A stretch of 63,772 nt of DNA, the filler included, from Globobulimina sp. (lineage: Eukaryota): the NCBI GenBank assembly GCA_003354225.1. It is 21 parts of 21 records of this genome, joined end to end, with 100 filler letters (N's around TTAATTAATTAA, not from the genome) between each part and the next. Parts side by side here need not be neighbours in the genome. Positions count along the whole stretch, not along the records: positions 33,482 to 36,422 come from PIVH01004281.1; positions 36,523 to 39,463 come from PIVH01004282.1; positions 39,564 to 42,503 come from PIVH01004283.1; positions 42,604 to 45,542 come from PIVH01004284.1; 17 more parts are not named here. One strand, 5' to 3'. This document shows, piece after piece, positions 33,382 through 45,444 of the stretch (its first letter is position 1; each line of letters starts with the position of its first letter). The notes under the pieces were generated by a model. The model did not search any database, had not been told where the DNA came from, and saw nothing but the letters and a program-made list of their open reading frames with translations. A program made the position numbers and the translations under genes.

Positions 33382-34670
33382 NNNNNNNNNNNNNNNNNNN
33401 NNNNNNNNNNNNNNNNNNNNNNNNNTTAATTAATTAANNNNNNNNNNNNNNNNNNNNNNNNNNNNNNNNNNNNNNNNNNNNACACGAGCCTCTGCTATGA
33501 CACGCAAGTTCAGAATATTAAAAGCACAGCCGTCACGTATTAAGGCGGCGAATTATTTCAAGCAAAGCTGTCACGTTTTAAGGCGGCACCCCTTGATACT
33601 TTGGATATAATTTGTTTTCAATGACTCGATGTCCTTGCTCCTTTGCGATTTGAAGTTTCCCTCTGCCTTTAATAATAAATGTTGGAATCCCTGGAGTTCC
33701 GACCCAAACTAAAATCCAAGAACTAACAACTAACATACAGTATGTTATTGTATGGAACCAAATGCTGACACCATTGAGTGGTATAAAAAATGAAGTAAGC
33801 GCACAGCAAAAATTTGCAGTAGAAGCAACGACATGTAATAATACGATCAAATTCTTAATTTTTTGAGGATGCATAATGTTGTCAAATGCTTAATTTCTGA
33901 CAGAAATAGATGATAATTGAATCATAATTCATTCATAATTTGATGATTTCATTGATGTCAAACTGTAATCCCCTTTGGTATTATCTGTGATAATGGACAT
34001 GCTTTTCCGATCTGTTTGATGTCACCAATAGTGAACAACTCATATCATACAGTTGCACCACAACGTGACAAACTTACTTTTGTAGATTTGTTTTTCTTTC
34101 AGTTTGCCTTGGATTATCTTTGTTTCATCCAATGCATATTTTTCAAATAATTCGATAAATTTCAAATCCGTTCCATTCTCGACACAACTTTGTAATGGTC
34201 AAGATATGCGAGATATCATTCCTAAAATCGATATATTTGTCGTATATTTTCAAATCATTGCCACTGAATAATCTCTTTCATGTTCATAGTTTAATGGCGG
34301 TTAATATCGATCGAACCAAATTTCGGAATAATATTTTATATTTCCAATTTCGTATTATTCTTTGAATGCTTCATCGCATGATTGAGAACAATGCTTTACA
34401 ACGGAAGAACAATATTTTCGAACCTAAAGTTTAAAACATTGTTCTGTTTTGCGAATGTAAATTGTTCAATGAAATAACAATGTTTTACATTTTCTGGCTC
34501 ATTTGGGTTTCATCCCAATTCTGATTCAATATGCATATTCTTATTTATATCTGAACTGAACCAGATCATCAAAAGCAGTGATAAAAAGTCATTATGAAAT
34601 ATATCCATTACATATTACAAAAAACGGGAAATGTTTGGCATGATATGTTTCGCAATAGTGCAGTTAAACT

Positions 34671-34743
34671 TGGAGAACTCGGGTTTCGATCCCGGTGCCT
34701 CAACGTTGCTAACGTTACGCTCTTCCGATTGAGCTAGTCCCCC
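34671..34743 (-). tRNA. tRNA-Ala(AGC)
   Basis: GGGGGAC-TA-GCTC-AATCGGAA-GAGC-G-TAACG-TTAGCAA-CGTTG-AGGCA-CCGGG-ATCGAAA-CCCGA-GTTCTCC-A, with G3:U70 Ala determinant and eukaryote-type AGC anticodon. One C:A mismatch in the T-stem. Confidence 0.9.
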
Positions 34744-35298
34744 AAATTATTTATTTGTTGATTTGCTTCTTTTGAATTGTTATAATTTAAGGTAATCAAA
34801 GCAAACCAGATATGTTTTATGGGACCGAAGAGAATTAGCTCCCATACTCTGAAAATCTTTGAATTTTATCAGTTTAAATATATATTTGTGTCAGCAAACT
34901 CAAACATCAACAGCTACAAAAACAACACGCATATATTGATTTAAATGGAATTTAATTGAAGCAACGCCAACGTTACTCTATTATGCTCCATTATGCCATA
35001 CTTCTTCAGCCTTACTCCATTATACTTTAGCGCCAGATGATACATATGGAGTACAACTCATAATGATCCATAGATATTGCTAAAAAAAAATCCCATAAAT
35101 CACTTAAATTCACTCGTTAACAAGTCGCTTAAAAATCACATATGTATCTTGAAATTAACAAGTCGCTCGTTAACAAGTCGATCTTGAAATTAATGTATGT
35201 TGTAATGACATTAATTTAGAGAATGGATTTGGACGAGAAGGCGTACCACGGCTGCATAAAGAGAGCATTATCAAATTACGATTTTAAGCTATAATGTA

Positions 35299-35386
35299 CA
35301 ACAGAAACACAAACAAAAATGCATAATAATATAAAATGTGATGATTGGGATTTGAACCCAAATCTTCTTTAAATAGATGCTTTCCA
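35299..35386 (-). pseudogene. Degenerate tRNA-derived repeat, copy 2 (5'-truncated) with shared flank
   Basis: taaaatgtgatgattgggatttgaacccaaatcttct is nearly identical to 4032-4068, and the cagaaacac...aaaaat flank is also shared. Confidence 0.7.
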
Positions 35387-36522
35387 TACAAAAAAAAAAC
35401 ATGTACATTTATGTGAAAGCGGACTAATCCATCAATTGTAAAATATAATTACTATTTTTTAAAGCAACAGCTAACACATATTCTTTTGCAATATCAATAT
35501 CATAAAATGCAACACCAATATTCTTATTATTAACATAAAATGAAATCGTAGCACCACTCGCAACCATGATGCCGTTTTTTATGTTTTTAATACTATTTGT
35601 TTTTGCTTTTGCTTTGGATTTCTTTTTTTTGTCATTTTCATTCTCTAATTTCAGTTGCTTCAGTCACATGAACGAAAAAACCAAACCAAAGACTTTTCAT
35701 TTATTATTTAAAATAATAGTCCATTGATATACGAGCAATACACAGGATACAACAGTGCTAATGACAAACAAATTTGGTATTTAAAATGATGCGTATCAGA
35801 GTTCCAAATTAAAGCTGATGCTGTTATCCAAAGTAAACATTCAACTGATTGTGGCGGATGTTTATGGGCTTTCGTTATAACATTGGCAATAATAAACCAT
35901 AATAAGATTCTATGACTCCAACGCCAAGTACGAAGTTATCCATTTCCGTCGAACGCATACATACGAAAATAAGGCGGTGTGTTGCATTAACACATATCGG
36001 TTCACCTGTGACGTCAGCTCAAATTCAGCCATTGTTGCATCATACACAAGGAATGAACTTTCAACAACGACTCTAAGTACATTCTTAATACACATATTCC
36101 ATACAATATCGTTAGATATATTTCTTTTGTGTTCGTTGTGCATTTTCCAATTTATGAGTAACTCTTTAATGGAGTATAAAACAAACGAAACAGAAATAAG
36201 ACCTGCACAATAATCAACCATGCCGGTCTTTCCTTGAATAATTAAAGATGAACACCAGCAAAGCAGTGCAGGTTGAACAACATGATCAATGAAATGATGA
36301 ATCCACAGATAGGCATGCGAATTTTAAAAAGAAAAAAAGAAAAAAAATGAAGGAAAGGATAACGGTCCTCGCAGACCGCGAATTAAATGGAAAAATTGAA
36401 AAAAGAAAGAAGAAAAAGATGGNNNNNNNNNNNNNNNNNNNNNNNNNNNNNNNNNNNNNNNNNNNNTTAATTAATTAANNNNNNNNNNNNNNNNNNNNNN
36501 NNNNNNNNNNNNNNNNNNNNNN

Positions 36523-39463
36523 GCAGGTGCCGCCCCACACGCTGCTGCATCCGGACGCATTGGCGATCATCATCTGCTGCCCAAACAATTGCGTCACCAG
36601 TTTAACATACGGCGTCTCGCCGCAGCCGGCGCAGGCCCCATGAAACTCTAATAACGTCTGTTCGAATTGACTGCCTTTCACCGAGTACTTGTCCCCGGAC
36701 GGGTTCCTATTGGGGATAGTCATGGAATACTCGAAATGGGGCAGTTGTTGGTCCGCATATTGCGTGAAATCAGCCATAAATAATGCATCGTCGGGGCATG
36801 CTTGCACGCACACTGTGTAATGGCAATATAGTTTCAAACTGGAAATATATAGTTTCAAACTGAAATTGGGTAAGTATTTTCAGTTTGAAACTGATTTGTG
36901 CCATACCGGCGCATCCGGTACAATCCATTGGGGCGACTTGAATGGTATAATTTAAGCCGGCATAAGCACCGCCACCCTGTGCTCTGACTGCTTCATAGCC
37001 ATTTGGGGCAGCTTTGGTTTCTTCTTTAGTTAATAAAAAGGGTCGGATGACGGCATGTGGACATACAATCGCACAGTAATTGCACTGCGTGCACTTATCG
37101 CTGATCCAGACAGGTATTTCTGGCGCGGCCCCCCGTCGCTCATATCGAGTGGTGCCGACTGGGAAAGCTCCGCCTGGCTCGAATGCAGATACTGGCAACT
37201 CGTCGCCTTCCCAATTCATACATGGCTGCATGACTCGAGAGACAAAATCAGGAATCCCTTAACACCAAAAAAAAATTTCAGTTTCAAACTACAAATTTTC
37301 AGTTTCAAACTGAAAAATTTCGCTTTCAAATTTCCAATCTCGAACTAAAAAATTGAAAATTTCAGTTTCAAACTGCAAAATATACGCACCTGCATATAAT
37401 AAATGGTCCCATTCAGCAATTTTCCGCTCGGCATCCACCGCATTCATCCATTTGTCTTTGGGATAATCGATTTTCTGCAGAGCGGCAGCAGCTTGGTCCA
37501 CAGCGTCGATATTCATGCCCACAATTTCTGGCCCTTTTAGACCAAACATCCGCTTCACAGAACTCTTTAATAAACTCGTCGCCTCATCGGCCGGTATAAC
37601 ATCGCCTAACTTATAAAAAACAGATTGCATAATCATATTAATTCTGGCTTTCAAGCCAACACTGCGAGCAATAGCCCCAGCGTCAATGTTATAAAATTGC
37701 ACGTTGTTCTGCGCGATTTGCCTCTTCATTCGTGCCGGGAATCTGTCTTCAAATTCTTGGATAGTTTTCCATGGCGAATTTAGTACAAATATGCCATTTT
37801 CTTTGATCGCACCCAATAAATCCAATTTATCCAAAAATTGGGCAGATGAGTTATGTACAGCGATATAATCTGTGTACGTGCGTTTTTTTTGTGTTCCGAT
37901 AAAATTCCGAGAACAGTCAATATCTGAACGGATTTTCTCAGAATTTTGCTGGAACGTCGTAATATTTTTTTTATCGATACCAGTTTCAAACTGATGACAT
38001 ACCGGCACTACAAATCTGATATTCAGATTCAATTTTTTCAGGCCCAAATCGCAATTGTGAGCAGGTCACACCACCACTTTTCTTGCTATCATAGGCAAAG
38101 TATCCCTGGCAATTTAAGTCCGTATGGTCGCCAATCATTTTAATCGCTTCCTTATTTGCACCGACTGTGCCATCTGAACCTAATCCCCAGAATATGCATT
38201 GTCGCGTGGTTGCCGGCAATGTGACATCATTCGCGCGCTTATCTAAATTATACGGCAACGATGTAAATGTAACATCGTCATTAATGCCCACCGTATATCT
38301 TAATCTCATCTGTGGATTTTCTAAATTTTTAAAAACTGCATCTATCATTGAAGGCTGCACCTCCTTCTGACCAATACCTACAAAATTTTAATTATGTTCT
38401 CACCAAATTATCACAACATTTTTTTTTTCAGTCAAGCTCAAAAAAAAAGAAATTTTTGAAATTAATGTTCAAGCTTCACTAAAAAAAAAAAAACTTCACT
38501 TTAAGTAAGTAAATGATGCGTACCTATGCTTCCGCCGTTGACTTCGACGTGTTGGAAGTTAGCCGACTCCTTCAATGACACACAAATATCCAGAAACAAA
38601 GGGTTGCCCAACGCGCCTTCCTCCCGCGTACGGTCTAAAACTGCAATTTTCTTCACTGTGCTGGGCAAAGCAGCAAAGAAATGCTGTGCGCTCCACGGCC
38701 GGTAACACCGTACTTTAACAACCCCAATTTTTGCGTCAGAGTCGCCAATTTGAGATCGTACGTATTGTTGCGTGGTGTTGCCAGCGCTGCCCATGACAAC
38801 GGCAATATGTTCGGCTTGGGGATGGCCAAAATAATCAAATAAATTATATCTGCGACCAGTCAATTCTTCTAACTCATCCATGGACGATTGGATATGCGAT
38901 GTGCATTCCCTATAATATCGTTCCGACGCCATGTTTGATTGAAAAAAAATGTCGGGCCTTTGTCCCGTACCCCGCGCAATGGGCGCCACTGGATTTAGTG
39001 ACAATGAACGTAGATTTTTGTCAATTAAATCCAGTCGGACTAATTTAGAGATGTCTTCGTATGGAATACGATGAATTTTTTGAATTTCAGAGGAGGTTCG
39101 ATTCCCATCAAAAAAGTGCAAAAATGGCACACGTGCTTTGACCGTCGCTAAATGAGATATTAAACCCAAATCCATGACTTCTTGCGGTGTATTACTGCAT
39201 AACATGCCCCAACCACACTGTCGTACGGCCATCACATCACTTTTTAGTGCAAACACAATGCAAAATATCCATTTCCAGTTTCAAACTGAAAATAACCAGT
39301 TTCAAACTGGAAAATATATTCTGATTCAGTTTGAAACTGGAAAATACACAAAATAATAGCATCGTACCTATGATCATTATAAATGCACAAAGCTTGCTTT
39401 GCCACCGTCCGGGCAGACACATGAAAGACGCAAGGCATCAATTCACCAGCAATTAGGTACATA
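36523..39463 (-). CDS. PFO: Pyruvate:ferredoxin oxidoreductase (PFO, or PFO moiety of PNO), 6 exons visible, partial at both ends
   Basis: PCVFHVSAR, DH-SDVMAVRQ, PFLHFFDG.RTS.E, GLGSDGTVGANK, YDSKKSGG.T, CTQCNYC...CPH, DCTGC..C...CP, EF.GACAGCGETPY. GT-AG introns 39240-39367, 38378-38523, 37870-38002, 37258-37389 and 36813-36906 each restore frame and conserved sequence. Confidence 0.97.
36829..39339. repeat. Dispersed 13-bp palindrome CAGTTT(C/G)AAACTG, 10 clear copies, confined to PFO introns
   Basis: Copies start at 36829, 36850, 36881, 37279, 37300, 37363, 37981, 39276, 39297 and 39327 (three have one terminal mismatch), plus a degenerate copy at 37321. Confidence 0.95.
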
Positions 39464-39841
39464 NNNNNNNNNNNNNNNNNNNNNNNNNNNNNNNNNNNNN
39501 NNNNNNNTTAATTAATTAANNNNNNNNNNNNNNNNNNNNNNNNNNNNNNNNNNNNNNNNNNNNAAGTTGTATACATTTTTTCAATTACTAGAAACGGTTT
39601 GCTATAGATTTGTGTTGTGTTTGTTATAACTTTGTCTTGGGTTTGCAAATCCAGAACAAAGTCAATAAATTACAAAATGTTCAATGTTTTTATTTATTGT
39701 TCGTATATTGAATAAAGTGTTTCTAAGAATAGAAGCGCGATAGTGGTCTCAAGGAGTTGATCGAACTATCTAAGGCCAAGGGTACAATTTATTGTTCGTT
39801 CCAAAAGATAATAAAATCTCCTCCTTGCACTGAAGTAATCA

Positions 39842-41131
39842 ATGGGTGCTAAGTTCAACAAACCTGATCCATACTACAACGTAGCAGATTTACTAATCTA
39901 TGGTTATATCCGTGACATATTTAAATCATTCGCAGATACGACGTCCACTGATATATACATAATATGTAAAGCATACTATATGAGCACTAAATATATATTC
40001 CTGTATGACCACTCTGCATTTCATATATTAGATGCAACATCCCCAACCAGTCCAAAATTATATAAAAATGTGATTAAAAGTAATGACAAATCGACATCAT
40101 GGAATAAACCATTTGATTTATCCTGTTATATACCAAATATTTTAAATATATCACCGAATATTGTGTCTATGGTCACTGACAATGAAGACTCAAAGCACGA
40201 CTCTAATATCTATGATGGTATATTTTGTAGAGCCCACAGCAAAACACACGAATCGGGAGAATCATCGCGTTCACTTTATATATTTCCAAATAAACGCATC
40301 ATAATTGCAAGAAATAAACGTAGCAAGAAATGTGGATATCATTTACTGCAATCCGCCACAGGAAATAGAGGCAAATTATTGCAAAATATGTTATATTGTG
40401 GCGATAAATATGGCATTATCGGGACGGGCGGAGCTTTAGTTCCTGTTTTATATCAATTAAAATTGCAAAATATTTCAGATAAAAAATTTATATTTAATGA
40501 GATTTCAAACGAGAAGAACAGTGAAGATATTTGGGGGAGGCACCCTGGATATCAATGCAAACAATATTTAATGTTGCAATATTTGTCAGATAGGGAGCAA
40601 TTATTTGCAGTTCAATGCAAACGAGAACACGGCGCCTCTGTCGGCAAAAAAAAGGCTCCGGAAAAGAAAATAATTGAATTCAAGTGTGGCTTATATGATT
40701 TCCTAGAAAATAAATGGTTAAAAGTTAATAATTTTCGTGCGAGCACATATTTAAATGATGATGAAGATAATTTTAAGTGTGGCTTAGCATATAATGCGAA
40801 AAAAAACGAAGTATTTTTAGTATCGAGTTTAGGTCGAACTGCGAAATACGATTTTTATAAAAATTGTTGGCAAGTTTTATATGAAAATGTTGAAAATTTT
40901 AATGATATGACAATGAGATATGATATGGGGCCAATGGTATGGTCCTATGAATATCAACCACATATATTATATTGTATTGGCGGTAAATTTAATAAATCAA
41001 AAAAAACAAAGTATGTATTACAATATAAACAATTTGATATTCGAAGTGATAAAAGACAATGGCTCGATTGTATAAACAAACAAAATATAAAACAGTTTAA
41101 AGATTTAGACTTTCAATCAATGTTTGTGTGA
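39842..41131 (+). CDS. Kelch-like beta-propeller protein with N-terminal LLIYGYIR...DI...C..YY motif
   Basis: Intact 429-aa ORF with repeated Y/F-D.....W and IGG elements (YDFLENKW, YDFYKNCW, FDIRSDKRQW) and an MG start. Confidence 0.6.
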   Translation: MGAKFNKPDPYYNVADLLIYGYIRDIFKSFADTTSTDIYIICKAYYMSTKYIFLYDHSAFHILDATSPTSPKLYKNVIKSNDKSTSWNKPFDLSCYIPNILNISPNIVSMVTDNEDSKHDSNIYDGIFCRAHSKTHESGESSRSLYIFPNKRIIIARNKRSKKCGYHLLQSATGNRGKLLQNMLYCGDKYGIIGTGGALVPVLYQLKLQNISDKKFIFNEISNEKNSEDIWGRHPGYQCKQYLMLQYLSDREQLFAVQCKREHGASVGKKKAPEKKIIEFKCGLYDFLENKWLKVNNFRASTYLNDDEDNFKCGLAYNAKKNEVFLVSSLGRTAKYDFYKNCWQVLYENVENFNDMTMRYDMGPMVWSYEYQPHILYCIGGKFNKSKKTKYVLQYKQFDIRSDKRQWLDCINKQNIKQFKDLDFQSMFV

Positions 41132-41334
41132 TTTTTTAGATTTTTTTTGTAAATACAAACCAAAATTCTCGAGGAGATGGTAATTTTTCCAAAACTGTTG
41201 AAAAATAACAGTTTGCATTAGTTTCAGGGAAAGTACCATCTCCTTATAACGACCATGGCCACTTTTTTTGTTTTATTTTGATAATCATACTCCCTCTTCA
41301 GTCAAACTGTTTTCACAAAATCTAAAAGCGAACC

Positions 41335-42204
41335 ATGGAGACATCCTATTTGGATAAACAATTTGAACCATATTTTACAAAATGGAAAATTGATACCAAT
41401 TTATTTCCAATGACGCACTTGGAATTTCCTGTGGTATTGTTGCTATTTTACGTGTTAACAGTTTTGTATTATCAACCAGCAAAAGTAAAAAAAGCTGCAT
41501 CAAAAGCAATGAGAAGAAAATCGTCATCTACATTTGTTCAACGACTGGTATTATCATTTCATAATTTAGCATTGTGTATATTTTCAATATTATGTTTTTA
41601 TAACACCGCGCCTGTAATATATGATATGATGGTGAATATTGGTTGGAAGAAGGCGTCGTGCGGACTAATACAGAAAGAATATGAATCAAATTATGGATTT
41701 TGGACTTTTTTATTTTATTTATCAAAATATTACGAATTTGTGGATACATATATTGTAATTTGGAAGAAACGACGACCGATTTTTTTACAAAAATTCCATC
41801 ATTTTGGTGCAGTGATTGGTATGTGGTTAATTATCACGACCCGGTCGACGTGCGGCTATATATTTGTTGTTGAAAACTCGTTTATTCATTCTATTATGTA
41901 CTTTTATTATGCTTTATCTGTCTGGAAAATAAAAACACCAGTTAATTATTTGAATTTTCATGAAATTTCTCTTTTTTTGTATACATAATTACATATAAAA
42001 TAGTTCAAATTTATAATCACAATGCTACAAATGATACAATTTATATCGGGAATGAGTTTAGGTATTATTCAATTTGTGTTTTTTGGTGAATGCTTAACAG
42101 TGGGCGATAAAATTGTTATTTGCTATCACGAGTTCTATGTTGGAACATTGTTTATTTTGTTTAGAACATTTTACGATAAAACGTATGCAAAGAAAAACAA
42201 ATAA
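41335..42204 (+). CDS. ELO/GNS1-SUR4 fatty acid elongase with variant QxxHH box, 2 exons
   Basis: HNL.L..FS, FYLSKYYEFVDT, FLQKFHH, NSFIHSIMYFYY, T.LQM.QF. Intron 41941-42003. Confidence 0.93.
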
Positions 42205-43428
42205 TAACACTGTACTATATTGATTACTTTTGTGCAATGATATTTTTTGATTAGTCGTTTTCGTTATAATTTATAATAACATAGTGCTTCTTTTTCGCGC
42301 TAGCGCTTCCTAAACATAGTGGATGTAAACTATTGACGTTCGAACTATTTGACTCATCTCTTTTTTTTTGATCTAGTCCATGATGCTCATTATCCCCCTG
42401 GGAGGACAAAGTATTTGTTCCTTCCTGGGGTTCTATGTCGTTTAGAGTGAGCTAGTTTCATTTTATTCGGAAGACGACAAAAGTGGAAGACGACAAAAAG
42501 TTGNNNNNNNNNNNNNNNNNNNNNNNNNNNNNNNNNNNNNNNNNNNNTTAATTAATTAANNNNNNNNNNNNNNNNNNNNNNNNNNNNNNNNNNNNNNNNN
42601 NNNCATCCACGATTTCGTATTCATCTATAAATTTGCTTTGATTCATATTCTAGCCATTGTTCATTATACATTCGCATACTTCCAATCTTTCTTCGCTTCA
42701 GATTTGGGGAATTCCCATAATTTGAATCTTTTTTTTTTGAGCAACACAAGTTATATTAGTGGAAAAACAAAAAAAATCAAAAGACGAAATAACTTGAACT
42801 CGAAACGGTTGTATTGCTATCAGTCTCTGTATCATTGCCAGTGTCATTCAGCTTCCTTTTTTTTGATTTATGTTGTACTAATTCCATGGTTGACAAATTT
42901 GGATCAGATACATCCATAAAAGTTGAGCACAACGGACATTGAATGATTCTCGCTGTAACTAAAAAATTCCATTAATATGACCGATTTGTAGTGATTTCAA
43001 AATATACTAAACTTGGATGTGTCAATGTGTGATTGCAATCATTACATTTGACATCGTACTCACAGAATGGATCTTGAATCATGGAACACTCAGTACATTG
43101 AATGATTGCCGCGTTACTAAAAATGGAAATATCTTATATACCATCATTGATGTTTTGAAAGAAGAAGGCAAACCTTGGACAAGTCATTCCTTGCTTACAA
43201 CGAACACAAAACACAGTGAGTGGCTTGTAAGACTTTTTGCTCATTTTTCGCTGTTTCAGTTAGAGTGTTACCAAACGCAAACCGCCCAATCACTCGATTA
43301 CAAATCAATTATCTATTTAAACACTGCTGGGATTGCTGTAAAAGTGGTGGGACTGTGATTTTTGTTTGAATTGTATTACTCAGACAAAGTAGAAACTAAT
43401 TCAAAGTTTTTGCGGGATAAAAATCATC

Positions 43429-45444
43429 ATGGCTTTAGCAGCGACTTTCGGATCAGATGTGTTACAAATCCTCAATAAATGTAAAGTATTAGTGGTTGGT
43501 GCAGGTGGAATCGGCTGTGAATTGCTAAAAAATTTAGTCTCTTCGGGCTTCAAGGATATCGAAACAGTTTAGATCTAAATTCCACTCAAAAAAAATAAAA
43601 TAAAATAAAAATAAACAATTTCTCAGATTGATTTGGATACGATCGAAGTTTCTAATTTAAATCGTCAATTTTTATTTCGCAAACACCATGTCGGCAAATC
43701 CAAAGCTAAAACCGCAGCACAAGCGGTCAAGCAATTTGATCCGAATATTGCCATTATTGGACATTTAGGAAATATAAAATCATCCGACTTCAACACTCAA
43801 TATTTCAATAAATTCGATATTGTCTTAAATGCATTGGATAACACCGAAGCCCGCAGACATGTGAACCGATTGTGTTTATCTGCCAAGAAATCATTTGTAG
43901 AGTCTGGGACACAGGGCTTTGTCGGACAAGTTATCCCCGTCATACCCAAACTAACTCAATGCTGGGAATGTACGCCAAAGCAATCCAACCAGAAAACCTA
44001 TCCCGTCTGCACCATACGGTCCACTCCGGACAAACCCGTACATTGCATTGTATGGGCAAAGCTAATCTTTAATTTGCTATTTGGCCTCCAAGACGACACC
44101 AATATTATTAAAGACTTGAAAGTTAAACCACTTAAATCTATCCTTGCACTAAATCCACATTCCATTAATTCACATTGACATTGACAGGTTGAGAGGAAAG
44201 AAAGTGAACAAATTGGAGAGTTTGTACGCAATACATTTACATACTTATTCGAGGAAGACATTTTGGAACAGTTAAGCATGGAAAATAAATGGAAAAACAG
44301 AGAGCCGCCCATATGTATCAAATATAATGACATTGAAGCTCAGATAGCAGCATTACAACAGAAGCGAGTTAGTCAAGTGACAAATAATAAGATGAAGGTG
44401 TTAGATATGGCAGAGAATGCATTTTTATTTTTAAATACAATGACAGAATTATTTAGTAAGAAAGCAGAAGTTGGGGAGTTAGTATTTGACAAAGATGATA
44501 ATGTTTGCATGCGATTTGTGTCCGCCGCAGCAAATTTACGCATGCACTGTTATGGCATTGCTATTTTATCTGAGTTTGACAACAAAGGCATTGCGGGGAA
44601 TATAATCCATGCGATCGCGACAACCAATGCCATCGTAGCGGGCGCCATGGTGGTTCAGGCCATACATATCTTGAAAAGGAATTTTAATCAAACATCAGAC
44701 AGTGAGGAGAAGCAAAAAGAAGCGGTGGTTGTAAATGTGAATAAGTTGTCAAATCGTGTGTGTTGGGTACAAAGTAATGGAAAGAAATGGTTATATCCAC
44801 AAAATATGGAGATACCTAATATTTCATGCTTTATTTGTCAGAAATCCATTGTTCATTTAACACTTAATGCGGAATTATTTACTTATGGTAGTTTTGTGAA
44901 GCAGATATTGCAAAAAGGTCTGGGGTTCAAACAGCCGGATATTACGATTGAATGCGTTGAAATGGATGCAAAAACTGGTAAGAAACTAAGTAACTATCTC
45001 GAGGCCATTACAGATGAGGATGATGAGGAAGAAAAGAAGGAGAAAGAGATACAACTAAGTAAGAGATTGGATGATGCCATGATTAAGGTCTACGACTCTG
45101 CGAGTTTAAGTATTGACGATTTTTCGCAGGATGTTAATGTGAATTTGGTGGTACATTATGTTGATTTGGATGCGGAGAAACATCCGAATGGCTTTGAGAT
45201 TACCAATGAATGGGATTTGACTAAATTTACAGTGGCTGAAAAGAAAGAAGAACTCGATGGAGATATTAAAGAGAATAATGTTGGGAATAAGGAAAATAAG
45301 CAGTGTCCAAATGAGAAAATAAAAAATAAATATATTGGAAAGAAAAGGAAAGCAATGGATAATAATATTAATGAGAATGTTGATAATGATAATGATAATA
45401 TTTGTGCACCACCACCTGCAAAGAAATTAAAAACATCCCATTGA
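43429..45444 (+). CDS. UBA2: SUMO-activating enzyme subunit 2, 3 exons
   Basis: [44 protein letters not shown], catalytic [36 protein letters not shown]. Introns 43567-43626 and 44122-44187. Confidence 0.95.

Noticed and set aside
36813-39367. PFO interruptions as non-canonical introns or frameshifts
   Set aside because: All five have GT-AG ends and restore both frame and conserved residues. The QFET-repeat peptides in the ORF track are intron read-through.
42604-43358. Short ORFs upstream of UBA2
   Set aside because: No motifs or consistent splice structure could be established.
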